This document shows positions 28,194 through 38,307 of a DNA stretch of 49,071 bases, in pieces. The number at the start of each line of letters is the position of its first letter. Within the stretch, counting starts at the first letter, position 1. The stretch spans positions 1 through 49,071 of the forward strand of contig JAPLKJ010000219.1 of NCBI GenBank assembly GCA_026388125.1. Reading direction: 5' to 3'. The notes under the pieces were generated by a model that made no database searches, was not told where the DNA came from, and saw nothing but the letters and a program-made list of their open reading frames with translations. This DNA is from Elusimicrobiota bacterium. GTDB taxonomy: Bacteria > Elusimicrobiota > Elusimicrobia > Elusimicrobiales > UBA9959. Both the position numbers and the translations under genes were made by a program.

Positions 28194-29480
28194 TCAGCTT
28201 TTGGGAAGAGTTACTGGCGGGGTTTCCGGCAAATTAGAGAGGGTCATATCTCCCGTTCCGGGGAAATATTCATCCAGATAATCTGTCCAAAGCTTGTTCG
28301 TCTGTGCAGTGCTTTTCCCTATATAGAAAAGTGTATTCGCGTAGTCTAACTTTTTACCATCCATTTCCATGAGGCCCATTTGCAGGGCGGCTTCCTGAAG
28401 CGCCTTGGATGTGTTGTGACTTTCAGAAGCACGGTATTCCGCTATCTGTCCAGTGGTGAGCTCCGGATATTTCTTCTGGCACTCCAAGAGGGCTTCGTCT
28501 CTGCTTTTACCGCTGGAGCATATCCCTTGTACATCTTCACGCATATTTAAAAAAACCTGTTGCAGCCTGTAAAGCTCATCAGGATTGCCCGGCTCTAACG
28601 CTGCAGGCGCTTCATACCCCGACACGTTGGCTAACGAGATAGCGCCGAAATCGCTGACAACTCCCTTGATAACCTTCAACTTCTCTTCCTGCAAGTATTT
28701 CCCCAGTGAATTCCCCGGCCGGTTCTTTCCGGCAACCAGGCTTTTAAGCTGCTCGTTGTAATAGCTATCACCTTTCGGCCGTTCTCTTTTATAATCAACG
28801 GAAATCTGGGCCAGTCTTTCTTTTGTGATCTTTGCCGTTACCGGGTTACAGATTTTTTCCGCGATCTGCTGCTTTTTTTCATCCGACATTGTGTCTTTTA
28901 TGCCCAGTTTTTCCGGCTGCTGGTTTATACGATCAAGCAAAGCATGTTTTTGCGCTTCCGATTTGTGGAATAACGGATCTGTTGAATTTATCCCGCATTC
29001 TTCCGGTAATTCCGGGGTAGTTCTTGCCCACTTGATTAGGAACGCTTTTTCTTTGTCAACTCCATGCTTGTTTATTGCAATATTTAAGCGCTCTGACAGC
29101 TCTTTTGGGGTTAAGTCAAAAAGATGGATATATCCGGTAGGAATTTTACTGGGTTTTTCATAGAGCAAGATTTTATGTTTTCCTTTCTCCACACGGTTGA
29201 AATATTCGATGGCAGAATTGGCCGAAATCAGGCTAAAAAAACTTTCAAAGAATTTTTCTTCTGGTTTTACCTCCAGGCAGGCCGCAAAAGAACGAAAAAT
29301 CGCAAGATCAGCCGGGATTAGCCCCATCACCCCGGAAACCCACCATTCAAAGGGCCGGGAATCGCCCGTCCAGAGCTTGTTTTTTAGAACGACAATCCGT
29401 TCATGTATTTCCCTATGCAGCACCGGGAAATTTTTCTGATGTTTTTCGGCCCATCGGCGCTTCTTAACTTCGTCTCTCAT
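28194..29480 (-). CDS. Hypothetical protein (428 aa), unknown family
   Basis: Long ORF with SD GAGGA, co-oriented with MTase-Xis and the integrase; no motif recognised. Confidence 0.75.
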   Translation of the reverse strand: MRDEVKKRRWAEKHQKNFPVLHREIHERIVVLKNKLWTGDSRPFEWWVSGVMGLIPADLAIFRSFAACLEVKPEEKFFESFFSLISANSAIEYFNRVEKGKHKILLYEKPSKIPTGYIHLFDLTPKELSERLNIAINKHGVDKEKAFLIKWARTTPELPEECGINSTDPLFHKSEAQKHALLDRINQQPEKLGIKDTMSDEKKQQIAEKICNPVTAKITKERLAQISVDYKRERPKGDSYYNEQLKSLVAGKNRPGNSLGKYLQEEKLKVIKGVVSDFGAISLANVSGYEAPAALEPGNPDELYRLQQVFLNMREDVQGICSSGKSRDEALLECQKKYPELTTGQIAEYRASESHNTSKALQEAALQMGLMEMDGKKLDYANTLFYIGKSTAQTNKLWTDYLDEYFPGTGDMTLSNLPETPPVTLPKS

Positions 29481-30035
29481 AATTTTCCTCTAAACTCCGT
29501 GATAAACCCCGGCTTAAAGGATAAATCTTTTACCGGCGGCCATCAATAAGGATTTTAAAAGCCTTACAGTGGAAAATTTGAGATTTTATTACGTATTATC
29601 CGGGGAATTATTCCCGGGGCGACGAAGATAGAATAATATATCTAAAAAAAGTGGCCTGTTTTGCCCTGAACTTGTTATCTATATACCCCGAAATGTCCAT
29701 TTTTATAAACCGCGAAAGTTTTAACCCTTTTCCAGATATTTTCAATGGAAAGAATTCATCCTTACAAGGAAAATTATTACGCACTTGTCTCCAATGAAAA
29801 TAGCGATATTTTACAGCAAATAATTTTGGGGCTATGGAATGGAACCAGGAAACGAAAATAATGCCGGCTCCGGGCAGAGATTTCCCGATTTTCCCGGGGG
29901 AAAGTTCTTCACTACACGGCCCGGCACAGTCGCCACTCTGCCGGCAAGGCCGCCGTTGGCGGCAAGGCTCGCGCAAACAACTGCGGCCTTGCGGGAGAAA
30001 ATCCTTAAAAGATGTGAAAAAATCTCTAAACTCAA

Positions 30036-30962
30036 TTAGAAAAACCAAGTGCGATTTCTGAAAATAGCGCCAAAAACAATACTCGCTGGGATTAATATGA
30101 ATACGATGGATATTTTTAACCATCGATAATTGGTTCTGTTGTCTCTCATTGCCTTAATGCCGCATGAAAATAATGCAACAGAGATTGCCCAAGCGAAAAA
30201 TATAAATCCAGAATAGGCAAGTAGCCCGATCATGCCAGCACCATTCTGCTGTTGAAGTGAATCCGAAGCTAAGAACGTGTCTTTCCAAAAAGTGTTTTTT
30301 GCAACTATATTCATAGCGGCATAGCTATTGGAAATAGTAAGCCGTGATAAAAATTGTGCAACTGGATTGCATGCAATAATTAATAGCACCCATATTTTCT
30401 TCGAGATTCCTGAAAAATAAAAGAGTTCTTGGTCTTTAGAATTAAAATAAGTGGTCTTTTTTGCGAAGTTAAAGCTGAAGTAAGACGCGCTGAATGTGAG
30501 GAGTATTTGTAAAATGATCAACGTCCACTCACCAGAATTTATTCCTAAGACGAAAGGGTTTGCCTCTGCAAATGTCTGTCCCTTTATTATGCGAGCAGCC
30601 ACAAGTAATAGAGATTCAATGACACGGTAATATATCAACAAAAATCCAAATAAGACCCCCCAAAAAACACGTAGCTCTCTTAGATAATAACCGAGTATTC
30701 CTACCGAACATGTAATAACTAATGAGTCGAACAGTAAGGATATAAGGTTGAAAACCCAGAATTGAGTTAACGTTAAATAAATTGGGACACCATTGGTGGT
30801 TCGATATATCAAAGACTCTTGGAATTCAGGTATCGCCCTGCTAAAAAGCCCTAAATAGTTTAGCGCCAGAAAACTGGAGAATAGTAAAATAAATATTGTA
30901 TTTTTGCTTCTAGTTCTGGTTTTCATATAATTCCAGAAACTTTTAGTTGTAGTTCTGTTCAC
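30036..30962 (-). CDS. Hypothetical polytopic membrane protein
   Basis: AT-rich ORF with about 7 hydrophobic segments; start may instead be ATG 30926. Confidence 0.7.
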   Translation of the reverse strand: MNRTTTKSFWNYMKTRTRSKNTIFILLFSSFLALNYLGLFSRAIPEFQESLIYRTTNGVPIYLTLTQFWVFNLISLLFDSLVITCSVGILGYYLRELRVFWGVLFGFLLIYYRVIESLLLVAARIIKGQTFAEANPFVLGINSGEWTLIILQILLTFSASYFSFNFAKKTTYFNSKDQELFYFSGISKKIWVLLIIACNPVAQFLSRLTISNSYAAMNIVAKNTFWKDTFLASDSLQQQNGAGMIGLLAYSGFIFFAWAISVALFSCGIKAMRDNRTNYRWLKISIVFILIPASIVFGAIFRNRTWFF

Positions 30963-31422
30963 GATTAATTAAAAAGAGTCCTAAACCTCGAATCCCTAAA
31001 GTTGCAATAAGTAGGAGTATGAGATTCCCGGATGTGCCCCACATTCCATGAAAAAGTGTCGCGAGAATGGCGAGCGGTACGACTCCAACTCCTAAGAAGC
31101 AAAGACCCAAAAAAACCGCGAGTATTCCCCAGATGTTGTACGTAATTAGTAAACCCCAGGCCCACAATGTTAATCCAAAAATATATGAGCAGAGATAAAA
31201 CCCAAGTCCAGAGAAACTTCTGGTTTTTCTGAACATAGAAAGAGGTAGAAGTATTAGTATGCATACTTCAGTAGTGAGGGTTGCTAAAACAAGTAAAATT
31301 GGATAAAGCTTAGCAGAAAGCCATGCAGCCCCCGAAAGAAATAATAAGCCTAATATCACAGATGCCGCTAGGACAAATATCCCCGCCAAAAATATTCCTA
31401 TTGATTTTAGTGAGTTGTTCAT
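30943..31422 (-). CDS. Hypothetical membrane protein
   Basis: Hydrophobic ORF from MNNSLK; overlaps the downstream membrane gene. Confidence 0.7.
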   Translation of the reverse strand: MNNSLKSIGIFLAGIFVLAASVILGLLFLSGAAWLSAKLYPILLVLATLTTEVCILILLPLSMFRKTRSFSGLGFYLCSYIFGLTLWAWGLLITYNIWGILAVFLGLCFLGVGVVPLAILATLFHGMWGTSGNLILLLIATLGIRGLGLFLINREQNYN

Positions 31423-31664
31423 GCGCAACCAAACCTTACATTTTCTAACATTTATTCGCCCAGTTAGCAAGATTAATTGACAAGAAAAGGCAACTGCGGC
31501 CATGCGCCCCGCCACTATTATAACTTGCAACCGTGGTGCCAGCCCACCAAGCGGGTTGGTTTGTAGGGTACCAAGCCGTATCCCCGTGCTCCACTGTACA
31601 GGCCGCGCCAAACCGTGGCCTTGCGGGAAATGCTGTATAATAATCAGGTTAGGAAACTCAAATA

Positions 31665-32780
31665 ATGATACAGCATAAGGCCGAATACCTTAAATTTCTT
31701 CAGGACGATCCGGCCGTAGACGACCCGTCAATAAAATCTTATGTTTCCTACCTAACAACGGTTTCCCGTTTTCTTGATAAAGACATTACTCCCGCCCTTC
31801 TTCATTCGGAAACTAATAGACAAGATATTGTTCGTCGACTTCAACTTGCAGAGAAGAACGTGCACACAATAAATAATTTAAGTTCTGCTATGCGCAAGTA
31901 TGTGAAGATGGTTCAGGTTGAAAAGTTTTACCGCCCTTTAGCAGAACCTAGCTATTGGCGTATATCTTTCCGTATTGGAAATCAGGGTGAGCGCCTTTGG
32001 TTGGATTGCCTTAAGCGGGGCGTAGCTGTCATCACTTATCCGTCTCTTCACAATATCGACCTTTCCAGATTTGATAAATATGAGCCGAAAGTTAAGTGGG
32101 CAAAACTGGCTGTGTCCCAACGTTTTAGTTTAGCAGCTATTGCGTATGAAATGAAACCAGGTGACATAATTTATGTAAAAGAAGGGCCGTTTATTGTCGC
32201 CAAAGGTTTAATAACTCGTGGATATCAATTTAATCCTAGCGTTCTACACCGGCCTGATGTGACTTGGGGACATCATGTAAAGGTAGATTGGAAATATACT
32301 TACCCCGAAGGCAGAATCAAATATGTCGGGCCCACGCAAAACACGGTCCATAAACTCACTCAGGAACAAGTGACTGGCCTAGAAGCGCAGAGTAAGAGGG
32401 TTTTTTTAGATCAAGAACATCAGGAAGATGTATTGGAAGGCCGCTTAATCGAATGCCATTCACATGCTCGTGTCAGAAATCCGAAACTCGCCCAGTTCAA
32501 AAAAACTCAATCTGATTACCGATGCGAGATTTGTGGTTTTAATTTCGAAGAGACTTATGGGAATATCGGGCGGGGATATATTCTAGTTCACCACCTAAAA
32601 CCTATTGGCAGTCGCCGGAGAGCAACAAAAACGCGATTAGAAGATCTTGTTGTTATTTGCCAGAATTGCCATGCAATGCTGCACCAACAAAGGCCCCCAT
32701 TATCTCCGGACGAACTGCATTCTCTTGTGGTTCAATTTGAAAAAGACACCAGATTAATCCCCAGTGTCGCAAAAGTCTAA
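31665..32780 (+). CDS. HNH endonuclease, McrA-like (putative type IV modification-dependent nuclease) with central EVE/PUA-like domain
   Basis: CEICGFNFEETYG...VHHLKP...ICQNCHAMLH; central YWRIS...MKPGDIIYVK...VDW; TATAAT at 31636 and SD AGGA. Confidence 0.8.
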   Translation: MIQHKAEYLKFLQDDPAVDDPSIKSYVSYLTTVSRFLDKDITPALLHSETNRQDIVRRLQLAEKNVHTINNLSSAMRKYVKMVQVEKFYRPLAEPSYWRISFRIGNQGERLWLDCLKRGVAVITYPSLHNIDLSRFDKYEPKVKWAKLAVSQRFSLAAIAYEMKPGDIIYVKEGPFIVAKGLITRGYQFNPSVLHRPDVTWGHHVKVDWKYTYPEGRIKYVGPTQNTVHKLTQEQVTGLEAQSKRVFLDQEHQEDVLEGRLIECHSHARVRNPKLAQFKKTQSDYRCEICGFNFEETYGNIGRGYILVHHLKPIGSRRRATKTRLEDLVVICQNCHAMLHQQRPPLSPDELHSLVVQFEKDTRLIPSVAKV

Positions 32781-32860
32781 ATCCTTCTTTTCCCCTCGCG
32801 TCGGGAAATTCCCCCTTCCCCTCTTCGAGTGTCGCAAAAGTAGCACTTTTGCGACACTGG
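32761..32860. repeat. 100-bp MITE-like element with 16-bp terminal inverted repeats and an internal third copy
   Basis: CCAGTGTCGCAAAAGT (32761-32776) and ACTTTTGCGACACTGG (32845-32860); third copy AGTGTCGCAAAAGT at 32828-32841. Confidence 0.7.
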
Positions 32861-33125
32861 ATGGATAGGCCTGGGAATTAAATTGATGCCCCCTATTAGT
32901 TGTCGAGCTTTCTCCAAATATATCGTTGGTCTCCGTCCAAGATTCCCCTACGAATTCGCGAATGTAGGGCGGACTTAAAGTGGGACCAGATTTCACACGT
33001 TCTCACGGACCCGTTCAAATTCAAATGTTATAGTTCCGATCTACTGAGGATTGCTGGGAATAATGCGATTATGATTTTATATCATTCCATAATAGACGGT
33101 CACCTAAAAAATGCACAAAACACTA

Positions 33126-33163
33126 TTGACAGCATGTTTGGTATGGTGCTATAATAATGCTGT
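33126..33163 (+). promoter_or_regulatory. Consensus sigma70 promoter with overlapping inverted repeat
   Basis: TTGACA (33126)-18 bp-TATAAT (33150) with extended TG; inverted heptamers ACAGCAT (33129) and ATGCTGT (33157). Confidence 0.75.
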
Positions 33164-33199
33164 TATCGGTATAGATTCATATTAGTATGGAGATTTATT

Positions 33200-33574
33200 A
33201 TGTCAGAACAGGAACTTATCACTTTAACCGACGTCGCCGAGCGGCTGCAACTTCACCCGGAAACAGTACGCAGGCTCTACCGGCATGGCAAAATCCCGGG
33301 AATTAAATTCGGGCATCGAACGTTACGTTTTGATTATGCCAAGGTGGTGGAGGCGCTCCACAAACCCGGAATAGCAATGGCGAACATACAAGGCCCCGTC
33401 CAAGTTAAGAAATCACCAGTTTCCGATCCTAAAGCAAACATAACAGTTCAGAAGAAAGTGGAAGCTCCAGCCCCGGTTAAAACTGTTAAAGCGCCCATAG
33501 ACAAACCGACAGCGGAAACAACCATAAAGCCTAGAATGATCAGTCCAATAAACATTTTACGCCGGAAAGAATAA
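33200..33574 (+). CDS. Excisionase-family HTH DNA-binding protein with Pro/Lys-rich tail
   Basis: LITLTDVAERLQLHPETVRRLYRHGKIPGIKFGHRTLRFD; SD GGAG. Confidence 0.8.
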   Translation: MSEQELITLTDVAERLQLHPETVRRLYRHGKIPGIKFGHRTLRFDYAKVVEALHKPGIAMANIQGPVQVKKSPVSDPKANITVQKKVEAPAPVKTVKAPIDKPTAETTIKPRMISPINILRRKE

Positions 33575-33773
33575 CGGAAAGGAACAAGCCGGAGGTTTTC
33601 ATACGTTATTGGGCCTGTGGGAATGCCGCTGACTGGTTGCATGCATAAGTGCAATTCTGTTGTGGGCGATTCTAGCAAAGGAGCTGGGACTCTGACCGCT
33701 TGTGGGGGCAGGCACTGTTTGGGACAGACCAAAAACAGGATGTTATTATTGCGGCATTTTGTAGAATTATTTC

Positions 33774-35654
33774 ATGGGGATAATAATTCCAGATTCCGCG
33801 CTGGCTGGCGGACCGTATAAGATCGAACCCGGAGAGAAGCTGCTGCTTAAAAAGTTCAAAGAGTCTCTCCCTGAAAACTGCCTGGTGTGGCACAATGTGG
33901 ATCTGCCGCGCCATTACCAACCCGACATCATCGCCTATATTCCCCGCCTCGGGATAATCATTATTGAAGTAAAAGACTGGCTTCCGTCGACCGTAACAAA
34001 AATAGGCAAGAACAAATGGGAACTGAGCATTGACGGCCGCCGCAAAGAAGTGACTTCCCCCCTTGAGCAGGTGAGAGGCTATTTCGTGCAGCTGAAAAAC
34101 CTGCTGGAAACGCATACCACCCTGCTTTCCCAAAGCGGAGCACGAAAAGGCTCCTTCAAACTGCCCATAAGCTATTTTGTCGCCTTCAGCAAGATCAGCC
34201 GCGCGGACCTCCCGGCGGAAGCCTCGGCATTTCTGTCCGAAGATAAATTCCTGTTCAAAGAAGACATAACCGCCATAGGCAATTCCCTGAAAGGCGCGGA
34301 CCTGGCGAAATATTTCATGCGCATTTTTGCGCAAAGCTTCTGGAAAACGGAACCGCTTTCACCCAAAGAGCTTGAAACGCTGCGCGGCGCCTTATATCCC
34401 GAAATAACGCTTACAAGAAAATCGAAGACCGGCGATAAACAGATAGTTCTGGACATAACCCAAGAGCAGTTAGCTAAAAAACTGGATTCCGGGCACCATG
34501 TTGTGCGCGGTATAGCCGGCAGCGGCAAATCCCTGGTATTATGCGCCAAGGCGAAACTGCTTGCGGAAACCAAACCGGAGTGGAAAACCCTGCTGACCTG
34601 CTTTAACACCAGTTTAAAAGCGCAGCTTGTGTTTTACATTAAAAACATGAACGATATGTTCATAACGGAGCCGGCTAGGCCCAACTGGGAAATAGCCAGT
34701 TTCTACAACCTGCTTTTTAGACTCGCCCGCGAAACAGGCTATAACGGCATCCCGGATGATTTTTTCTCGCACGGAGCGGATACGCAAAGCGACGAAGAAC
34801 AAAGTCTTAAAGCCGGCGAGCATTTACAGCAGATAGCCAAGCTACCGGGCGCTCCGAAGTTCGACGCGATATTGATAGACGAGAGCCAGGATTTTCATCA
34901 CTCCTGGCTGAAAGGCCTCATGTCGCTTTTAAATCCTGAAACTAATTTTATAATTCTGGCGGAAGACCCCAACCAAAAGATCTATAAACGCAGCTTCACC
35001 TATAAAGATGCCGGGTTAAATATCGCCGGGCACGTACGAAAACTGCCGGTTACATATCGCAGTACCAGGGAAATAGTGCTCCCCGCGTCTTTATTCGTGC
35101 AGCAGTCGAACTGCGACGAGTTTTTTAAGCAGTATGTGGGCGAAGATAATTTTGCGACGCTTTTCAGTGAGCCAGCCGGGACTCCGCCGCGGCTGGCCAT
35201 TGTTAAGGACGATAGAATTTTAAGTCATTTATTGGAAAGCATCTACCGCGATACCAAAAACGGGATGGCATATTCCGACATAGCCGTTATCTGTCCCTAT
35301 AATGAGCAAACCAGAAAAGTATCCGATTTCCTGCGGCGGGCTAAAATTCCGGCGTATTGGCTTGTAAAAGACGCCAAGGCCAAAAAGGAATACGACCTTA
35401 CCCAAGACAAAGTTGTAATAACCACGATCCATTCCGCGAAAGGCCTGGAGTTCGAGAAAGTGTACTTCCTGGGTTTTGAGGCGTTCCCTTTAGATTCCCT
35501 GGAACTAAACGACCGGGAAAACGCCTCGATGATCTACGTGGCCATGACCCGGGCAAAGAAGCAGCTTGAGATAGTAAGCACCCAGCGCACCAAAACTTTC
35601 AGCAAACTAAGTGATGTAATAGCGAAATACACGACTGCGGAGAACAAGGCCTAA
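33774..35654 (+). CDS. NERD nuclease plus SF1 (UvrD-like) helicase
   Basis: PDII...IIIEVKDW; Walker A GIAGSGKS; ILIDESQD; TYRST; TIHSAKGLEF; YVAMTRAK. Confidence 0.88.
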   Translation: MGIIIPDSALAGGPYKIEPGEKLLLKKFKESLPENCLVWHNVDLPRHYQPDIIAYIPRLGIIIIEVKDWLPSTVTKIGKNKWELSIDGRRKEVTSPLEQVRGYFVQLKNLLETHTTLLSQSGARKGSFKLPISYFVAFSKISRADLPAEASAFLSEDKFLFKEDITAIGNSLKGADLAKYFMRIFAQSFWKTEPLSPKELETLRGALYPEITLTRKSKTGDKQIVLDITQEQLAKKLDSGHHVVRGIAGSGKSLVLCAKAKLLAETKPEWKTLLTCFNTSLKAQLVFYIKNMNDMFITEPARPNWEIASFYNLLFRLARETGYNGIPDDFFSHGADTQSDEEQSLKAGEHLQQIAKLPGAPKFDAILIDESQDFHHSWLKGLMSLLNPETNFIILAEDPNQKIYKRSFTYKDAGLNIAGHVRKLPVTYRSTREIVLPASLFVQQSNCDEFFKQYVGEDNFATLFSEPAGTPPRLAIVKDDRILSHLLESIYRDTKNGMAYSDIAVICPYNEQTRKVSDFLRRAKIPAYWLVKDAKAKKEYDLTQDKVVITTIHSAKGLEFEKVYFLGFEAFPLDSLELNDRENASMIYVAMTRAKKQLEIVSTQRTKTFSKLSDVIAKYTTAENKA

Positions 35655-35708
35655 CCGACGATAGAAGCCTGCTGTTTATGCAGCTGAGCGCAAATGTCAA
35701 AAAAATAT

Positions 35709-36644
35709 TTAGACCAATGGGCCGAGAAATTTATCTCCGTTAAAGTGGATCATGTGCCCTGGAACTTCCGAAACCCAGACTTCTGTTTCCCAGGCTATAT
35801 CATTTGCGTACCGTTTAAATTCCCTGAAATCCGGGAACGCGCTCACATAAATTCTGGTGGCGGGACATTTCGCAAGAATTTCTTCCAGCTCCATGTGCCG
35901 CTTTGGCGAAACCGGGCCATGCGCCGTAACCGCTTCGATCAAGAACAAATAATTCCTCGCCCTGTCGTAGAGGACAACATCGGGAAGCTTGTCGTGCTTG
36001 GTTATCGGAATGCCGAGAGCTTCTAACTCCTCTTTTTCCATGTGCAGAAGCTTATGGGCGGTGTCGCCCATATAAAGCAAACTCGCATCCGGGCAGAATC
36101 TTGCTTTAAACTCCTCGAAGATTTTAATCTGCAGTTTGTTGTGCTTTCCGGGTGATAAAGTTATGGTTTTATCTCCGCTTATGGGAAGGGCTAAGGTGTT
36201 GCTGGTTTTTACTTTTTGATACTTATCGACAAGCCGCCCCTGGGCCGCGATAAAACCACGCAGAGCTTCCTCCCATTGGGGAGTGCCGTACGTTGAAATA
36301 GTCGCTAATGCCTGCGGTGAGATGTTATAGACGTTATTCGGGCTGTTAGTCGGGCGCGTGGGATCATCGGAATTCCTTTCCGCAATCCCGGCCTGTTCAA
36401 ATTGGTGCAGAGTCTGGCGGCGTATCGTTTCGCGGGTGTTCTCGGCGTAGGTCTTGTTGTATTTGGCTTTTACGAATTTCAGAACGTCATGGACACGGAT
36501 TAAACCAGTCTTTGCGTCCTTCCATTCGCTCCGGGGCGAAAGATCGAGCAGCGCCAGCAACGTCAGGGCCGAGCGGTCATTTTGCTGCGCACGCGGGAGC
36601 CCCAAGTCTTTTAGGATCAGTGTTGCCTGTTTTATCTTGTTCAT
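35709..36644 (-). CDS. BsuBI/PstI-family type II restriction endonuclease
   Basis: LGLPRAQQNDRSALTLLALL, YAENTRETIRRQTLHQF, LSPGKHNKL, KLPDVV, EAVTAHGP, IAWETEVW, HMIHFNG. Confidence 0.92.
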   Translation of the reverse strand: MNKIKQATLILKDLGLPRAQQNDRSALTLLALLDLSPRSEWKDAKTGLIRVHDVLKFVKAKYNKTYAENTRETIRRQTLHQFEQAGIAERNSDDPTRPTNSPNNVYNISPQALATISTYGTPQWEEALRGFIAAQGRLVDKYQKVKTSNTLALPISGDKTITLSPGKHNKLQIKIFEEFKARFCPDASLLYMGDTAHKLLHMEKEELEALGIPITKHDKLPDVVLYDRARNYLFLIEAVTAHGPVSPKRHMELEEILAKCPATRIYVSAFPDFREFKRYANDIAWETEVWVSEVPGHMIHFNGDKFLGPLV

Positions 36645-38307
36645 TGTCGTCCTTTAGGTTCAGCAAATTGACGGGGATATCCAGGATTTTCGCCACCAGA
36701 AGATCAAGCTTTTTCCCCGGCAGGCATTTCCGCATGCGCACCTGCCGGCCTATCTCTTTGAGTCTCGCCAGCGGTGGCAAAGGCAATGCCCGCAAGTCTC
36801 CCGCATTAACCTGGGTGTTCCCGTTAATACTCCTAAAGAAGCAATCGACAATGGAAGTGTTAAGGAATGCCGCTATACCAAAAGCCTCCTCGGCGGGGAT
36901 ATCGCTGTTTTTCTTGTGGATATAGTTCAGGTGGTTCTCTATGCCTATATATTTGCCCTTAATATCGTTTCCAAGCAGGACACCCGCATATAAGCGGCGC
37001 TGCTGTTCTTTTGACGTGAACCTTTTTAAGAGAATGTAGTTTTTTGCGGGCAGCAGGATATTCTTTGTCCGGCCGCTGGTGGTAATATATTTTTCTTTGC
37101 CCGCCCTGTCTAAAGGCCAGCGGACATCAAGCCCCTGTATGTTATGCATCCATAGGAGCGGAGTAAGTTTTTCTTTGGCATCTGGCGCGTTGAAAAGGTA
37201 TTCTTTTGCCCGGAACGCCACTACGGGACCCGTAGAAACCGACATCCCCAGGCTCTGAAAGGTTAAATTCCATTTTTGGAGGATTTTGCCGATAGCAAGC
37301 TCTTCTTTGTTCGCCGGTATCTTAATGAAAGCATCCTCATGGTGGAAAATATCCGCGTAGGGGAATTTCCCCTCCGTAAGGTCTGAGAAAGTAGAGTCAT
37401 TACTCTGGGAAACAGTGACTTCCTGGTTGGGCGTGAAGGGCGTAATGTTCCGCACCTTGATGATTATGCTTTCCTGAAGGATGTCTTCGTTATAAAAAAC
37501 ATTCTTCCTTGAATCAAAATTATGGATATTTTCGATGGAGTAGCGGTCTATTAACCACTTCCGGAACTTCATATGGTAAAGCCCCGAGCAGAAACTTCTG
37601 GGGGTGATAAACACAAGCTGGCCCTTTGGTTTCAGCAAGAGCAGGGATAATATCATGAAAAAGACGTAGATATTGGGTTGGCCGGAGGTAAAATCTTTCA
37701 AAAGTATCGTTTCGGGCGAGTCGGCGTTCAGTTTAAAGTACGGAGGATTTGAAACGATATAATCATACCGGTCTTTCGCGGGATCAGCCTCAAGAAACAT
37801 TTGGGACCGGGCCACGTTTAGATTGGCCAGGATAAAATCGGCATTGATGATCTTGTAGGTTAAATCCCAGCCTCGGTCTTTGAATTTAAGATGGCAGGCG
37901 GCTATGGTCTTTTTCAGGAAAGGAAGCACTTCCCCGTCCTTCTCGTATAAATCAATATGGAGGATTACTTTCTTGTAGTTGTTAGCCAGGACGGCGTTGC
38001 AAAAGCCCGCGGTCAGTATTCCCGCTCCCGCTCCAGGGTCCAGCAATGAGATTTTAATGGAAGGTGTTTTAGGAAGCGAGAAAAGGCCGGACATGAAATT
38101 GGAGATTTCCGGCGGCGTAAAAAATTGCCCCTTCTCTTTGCGTCCGTCGGGCGATTTAAGGATGTATGCTTCGGCGTGTGAATTAGCCAGGGAAGTTAAA
38201 GTAATGTCATTGATGAATCTTTCGCGCATTTCATTTTCCTGATACTCTATTTTATCACATACAGAAAAGGTTGGGCCGTTTATTAACGACAAAAATATTT
38301 CTCCCAT
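36577..38307 (-). CDS. Cognate N6-adenine DNA methyltransferase (BsuBI/PstI, gamma class)
   Basis: GQFFTP, LDPGAGAG, NPPY, FITPRSFCSG, VSTGPVV, ENHLNY, NGNTQVNA; start may instead be 38229. Confidence 0.9.
   Translation of the reverse strand: MGEIFLSLINGPTFSVCDKIEYQENEMRERFINDITLTSLANSHAEAYILKSPDGRKEKGQFFTPPEISNFMSGLFSLPKTPSIKISLLDPGAGAGILTAGFCNAVLANNYKKVILHIDLYEKDGEVLPFLKKTIAACHLKFKDRGWDLTYKIINADFILANLNVARSQMFLEADPAKDRYDYIVSNPPYFKLNADSPETILLKDFTSGQPNIYVFFMILSLLLLKPKGQLVFITPRSFCSGLYHMKFRKWLIDRYSIENIHNFDSRKNVFYNEDILQESIIIKVRNITPFTPNQEVTVSQSNDSTFSDLTEGKFPYADIFHHEDAFIKIPANKEELAIGKILQKWNLTFQSLGMSVSTGPVVAFRAKEYLFNAPDAKEKLTPLLWMHNIQGLDVRWPLDRAGKEKYITTSGRTKNILLPAKNYILLKRFTSKEQQRRLYAGVLLGNDIKGKYIGIENHLNYIHKKNSDIPAEEAFGIAAFLNTSIVDCFFRSINGNTQVNAGDLRALPLPPLARLKEIGRQVRMRKCLPGKKLDLLVAKILDIPVNLLNLKDDNEQDKTGNTDPKRLGAPACAAK

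Noticed and set aside
29608-30123. 171-aa ORF and overlapping small ORFs at 29.8-30.0 kb
   Set aside because: They overlap the membrane gene, span compositionally mixed DNA and have no SD or motifs; probably non-coding.
25826-31700. Integron (integrase plus AT-rich cassettes)
   Set aside because: I see no IntI-specific insertion in the integrase and no attC-like sites (RYYYAAC...GTTRRRY) between the cargo genes.
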